64,000 nucleotides of DNA from Clostridia bacterium (GTDB taxonomy: Bacteria > Bacillota > Clostridia > DUPQ01): the NCBI GenBank assembly GCA_016929655.1, contig JAFGIJ010000125.1, forward strand, positions 6,521 to 70,520, written 5' to 3'. Of the stretch, positions 60,992 through 64,000 are shown one piece after another. The position numbers and the translations under genes were made by a program. The stretch's first letter is position 1. Every line of letters starts with the position of its first letter. Under the pieces are notes generated by a model that worked only from the letters and a program-made list of their open reading frames with translations, made no database searches and had not been told where the DNA came from.

Positions 60992-61093
60992 ATAGAAATC
61001 ACTCCTTCCGTAGGGTAAAAGTATATCATCTAACCATGGCTGAAATTATGAACAAATTGTTAAAAACTATGTTCAGGCTTCTCAACGATACAT

Positions 61094-62788
61094 TCAGCTC
61101 ATTCCAATGTCATCAGCAATCCTGGACATGATGTCAGCCTCGGCTATATCCTGACTCTCTTCATCTTTTCGAAGCTTATATTCAACAAAACCTTCTGAGG
61201 CTCTTTTGCCGACGGTAATCCTGACCGGTATACCTATGAGGTCTGCATCATTGAATTTGACACCTGCTCTTTCATTCCTGTCATCAAGAAGCACTTCAAG
61301 ACCCAATGACAATAAGTTTTTATAAATTCTTTCAGCCATTTCCATCTGTTCTTCCTTTGAAGTGTTTACGGGAATAACTATCACTTTGTAAGGAGCTACT
61401 CCTAATGGCCAGATTATACCTTTTTCATCACAATTCTGTTCAATTACTGCAGCCATTGTTCTGGCCACTCCAATACCGTAACTGCCCATGATCATGGGCT
61501 TTTCCTTACCGTTTTCATCCAGGAATCTGCAACCCAGGGCTTCTGAATATTTTGTTCCAAGCTTGAATATATGACCGACTTCAATGCCTCTGTCAATTTT
61601 AACTGGTTCTCCACATACCGGACATTTATCTCCCTCTACAATATTACGGATATCCCAAAAAACTTCAATATTGCAATCGCTGAGATTTACATTGCTGTAA
61701 TGATAATCTGTTTCATTTGCACCGGTTATAAAATCTGCCATATGCTTTACTTCAAGGTCGGCTATCGTCTTGATTTTTAGGCCTACCGGACCTGCAAAGC
61801 CAACCTGTGCCCCAGTAACCTTCATTACAGTTTCAGCGTCTGCCATTTCAAGTTCAACACAGCCCAGAAGATTTGTAAGTTTGGTTTCATTCAGCTCCCT
61901 GTCTCCTCTGACTACTGCTGCCACCACTTCATCATCTGCTTTGTAAATCAGGGTTTTGGCAAATAATGCAGGTTGACATCCAAAGAAATTACACAGGTCA
62001 TCTATTGTTCCAATATCAGGAGTTTTAACTTTTTCTATACTTTTCGTGCTGACTATTTCTGTTCTTGGTTCAACACACTGTGCCTTTTCATCATTCGCTG
62101 CATAACCACAGGAATTACAGTATGCAATGGCAGCTTCTCCGACTGCGCTCTTAACCATGAACTCTTCTGACCCTGAACCTCCCATTGCCCCAGAATCAGC
62201 CTGAACAACAGTATAATCAAGTCCGCATCTGTCAAAGATTGCACAATATGCATCATGCATTTTTTTATATGATACATCGAGTCCATGTTCATCGGCATCG
62301 AAACTATAGGCATCCTTCATTATGAATTCCCGGCTTCTCATGACACCGAACCTTGGTCTTATTTCATCCCTGAATTTAGTCTGAATCTGATACAGGATCT
62401 GTGGGAGTGCCTTGTAGGACCTTACTTCATTTCTAATGCTTACTGTAAATGACTCCTCATGGGTCGGCCCAAGGCAAAACTCCCTGTTGCTGCGATCCCT
62501 GAGTTTGAACATTTCAGGTCCAAACACATCCCAGCGTCCTGACTCCTTGAGAACCTCTGCCGGAATCAAAGCAGACATATGAAGTTCCTGTCCGTCCTGC
62601 TTGTCCATTTCTTCACGAATTATATTTTCTATATTTCTAAAAACCTTGTAACCAAGCGGCAGGAAATTATATATGCCCGATGCAAAACGTCTGATAAGGC
62701 CTGCCCTTATCATCAGCTTGTGGCTTTCAATTTCCGCTTCTGCGGGAACCTCCCTAAGTGTAGGAACAAAAAGTTTTGAATATCTCAT
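61094..62788 (-). CDS. proS: proline--tRNA ligase (bacterial type with editing domain)
   Basis: [19 protein letters not shown]...[12 protein letters not shown] class II motifs. About 565 aa. Confidence 0.95.
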   Translation of the reverse strand: MRYSKLFVPTLREVPAEAEIESHKLMIRAGLIRRFASGIYNFLPLGYKVFRNIENIIREEMDKQDGQELHMSALIPAEVLKESGRWDVFGPEMFKLRDRSNREFCLGPTHEESFTVSIRNEVRSYKALPQILYQIQTKFRDEIRPRFGVMRSREFIMKDAYSFDADEHGLDVSYKKMHDAYCAIFDRCGLDYTVVQADSGAMGGSGSEEFMVKSAVGEAAIAYCNSCGYAANDEKAQCVEPRTEIVSTKSIEKVKTPDIGTIDDLCNFFGCQPALFAKTLIYKADDEVVAAVVRGDRELNETKLTNLLGCVELEMADAETVMKVTGAQVGFAGPVGLKIKTIADLEVKHMADFITGANETDYHYSNVNLSDCNIEVFWDIRNIVEGDKCPVCGEPVKIDRGIEVGHIFKLGTKYSEALGCRFLDENGKEKPMIMGSYGIGVARTMAAVIEQNCDEKGIIWPLGVAPYKVIVIPVNTSKEEQMEMAERIYKNLLSLGLEVLLDDRNERAGVKFNDADLIGIPVRITVGKRASEGFVEYKLRKDEESQDIAEADIMSRIADDIGMS

Positions 62789-62804
62789 TTCAACCTCCAT
62801 TTAT

Positions 62805-63015
62805 ATATTTCACTGCCTGTGCATCAATAAAAAATCGCCCCATATCTAACATACGGGACGACTGAATCGCTGTACCACCCTCCGGAGTTCCGGGTACGAA
62901 CCATAACGCTGTCCTGCGCATTCCTCAAAGGTGGGAAGAAGACTGTCCGGAGCTTGCACCATCCTCCGTCGCTTTATCCTGTCCTCGTATTCTTTTCATC
63001 AGAATGTTTATATTG
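62805..63015 (-). promoter_or_regulatory. T-box riboswitch leader of proS with intrinsic terminator
   Basis: Minus-strand transcript contains ...AACUCCGGAGGGUGGUACAGCG... (T-box AGGGUGGNACCGCG consensus). The overlapping terminator UCGUCCCGUAU-guuag-AUAUGGGGCGA is followed by UUUUUUAUU (plus 62835-62861). Confidence 0.8.
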
Positions 63016-63022
63016 CATATGA

Positions 63023-63051
63023 ATGATAATACACTTAAATATCAATGTCAA
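63023..63051 (-). promoter_or_regulatory. sigma-A promoter of the proS T-box leader (TTGACA-17-TATCAT)
   Basis: Minus-strand reading: TTGACAttgatatttaagtgtatTATCAT. Confidence 0.6.
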
Positions 63052-63075
63052 CATGATGACATCATACTGTTTATT

Positions 63076-63894
63076 TCATACCGGTGAATGGAAATCATAT
63101 TCATTGAATCCTGCCTTTTTAAGCATTTCTGATGCTTCAGGCAAGTCAAGGTCATAGAATTCGTTGTGGCAGTCTGACCCAATGGAAAATTTAACACCAA
63201 GTTCCTTCATCAATATAAGGTAATCAACGTACATTTCCTTGAACTTTTTTGAATAGTTCCTCGACAATAGCATTGCAGCAATATTTATCTCCATAAGCTT
63301 ATTGTTGCTTATGCAGGCTTTGGCAAATTCCTCGTGATATGAATAAGGTATCATGCCAAAATCCTCTGTCCAGCCGTCTGTACATGGGCCGTAATACCAC
63401 CAAGGATGAGCTATTATGTCTACCAGTGGGTTTTCTGCAAGAAACATATTCTGACGGTGGTAATCCTTTATTATTTTACTTGCTTCATTATCTGTATACA
63501 TTGCCCAGTGGGTTCCACCCACAACAAACTCAATAGAATATTTTTCAATAAATTCTTCATCAATGGCAATTGCAAGTCTGCACCCTGGAGTACCTCCCTG
63601 TCTGATACCATATGTTATGTCACCTGCATAATTTTTTGTTTCTACCTTTTCAAGTTCCCACTTTGATACACAGCTGACCTCAACACCAAAATGAAATCCT
63701 TCAATTCTGTTTTTTTCATAGGATTTCCTTGATTCTTTTATATCAGGGTAATTGAACTGTGTATGTATATGGTCTGTAATTCCATATCTTTCAATGCCGG
63801 CAGCAGCGGCTCCTTTAACCAGGTCCTCAATCTCCATACATGCCCCATCACAGGAATGTATGCTGTGAATATGCCAGTCATCCTTGAATATCAT
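63076..63894 (-). CDS. PHP-domain metal-dependent phosphoesterase (histidinol-phosphatase-like)
   Basis: DWHIHSIHSCDG N-terminal His motif and further His/Asp clusters (DHIH, GGTHW, IIAHPW, SDCHN). RBS GGAGAG. Confidence 0.7.
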   Translation of the reverse strand: MIFKDDWHIHSIHSCDGACMEIEDLVKGAAAAGIERYGITDHIHTQFNYPDIKESRKSYEKNRIEGFHFGVEVSCVSKWELEKVETKNYAGDITYGIRQGGTPGCRLAIAIDEEFIEKYSIEFVVGGTHWAMYTDNEASKIIKDYHRQNMFLAENPLVDIIAHPWWYYGPCTDGWTEDFGMIPYSYHEEFAKACISNNKLMEINIAAMLLSRNYSKKFKEMYVDYLILMKELGVKFSIGSDCHNEFYDLDLPEASEMLKKAGFNEYDFHSPV

Positions 63895-63896
63895 AT

Positions 63897-64000
63897 TACT
63901 CTCCTGCAGCTTCAGCCAATGCAACCCCGGCCCTTACACATTCTTCCAGAGCTTCTTCAGTTGGTGTATAACTCGTCTTTATTGGTTCATGCACCGGTGT
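63897..64000 (-). CDS. C-terminal fragment of an unidentified upstream gene (runs off window end)
   Basis: In-frame minus-strand translation ...TPVHEPIKTSYTPTEEALEECVRAGVALAEAAGE* ends at a TAA overlapping the PHP gene's RBS region. Confidence 0.35.

Overview
A 64 kb chromosomal window that looks like a low-GC Gram-positive anaerobe (Clostridia-like Firmicutes), inferred from conserved housekeeping gene order, PASTA kinase and sigH. It is densely coding, mostly on the minus strand. Several canonical Firmicutes blocks are present. One is phoH-pgpH-ybeY-cdd-era-recO. Another is priA-def-fmt-rsmB-rlmN-stp-prkC-rsgA-rpe-thiN. Also present are sigH followed by tRNA-Thr(GGU), a two-component system, a small membrane protein-M23 peptidase-bactofilin-PBP1A cell-wall module, proBA, lon, a MoxR/DUF58 cluster, and proS behind a T-box leader. 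There are no CRISPR arrays, transposases, integrases or phage genes. Three parts stand out. First, a translationally coupled seven-gene operon (2726-8895, minus strand) with its own sigma-A promoter. It combines a GmhA-like sedoheptulose-7-P isomerase, an HldA/HldE-kinase-like PfkB kinase, a HAD phosphatase, an unassigned 320 aa protein, a nitrilase-superfamily C-N hydrolase, a GNAT acetyltransferase and a GHL-type TIM-barrel protein, directly upstream of oppBCD permease genes. This is a candidate uncharacterised heptose-phosphate pathway in an organism without LPS. Second, two paralogous cytoplasmic Asp-box beta-propeller proteins (sialidase-like) co-transcribed with rqcH. Third, the methanogen-type sulfide-dependent homocysteine biosynthesis trio (COG1900/DUF39, NIL-ferredoxin, COG2122), fused transcriptionally to proBA and preceded by a TauE/SafE permease. 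Other curiosities are a perfect 50 bp palindrome upstream of a cyclic-2,3-diphosphoglycerate-synthetase-like gene and a glutaredoxin-like protein paired with a thioredoxin-domain::thioredoxin-reductase fusion. All functional calls rest on motif-level reading of the translated ORFs; no database search was possible.
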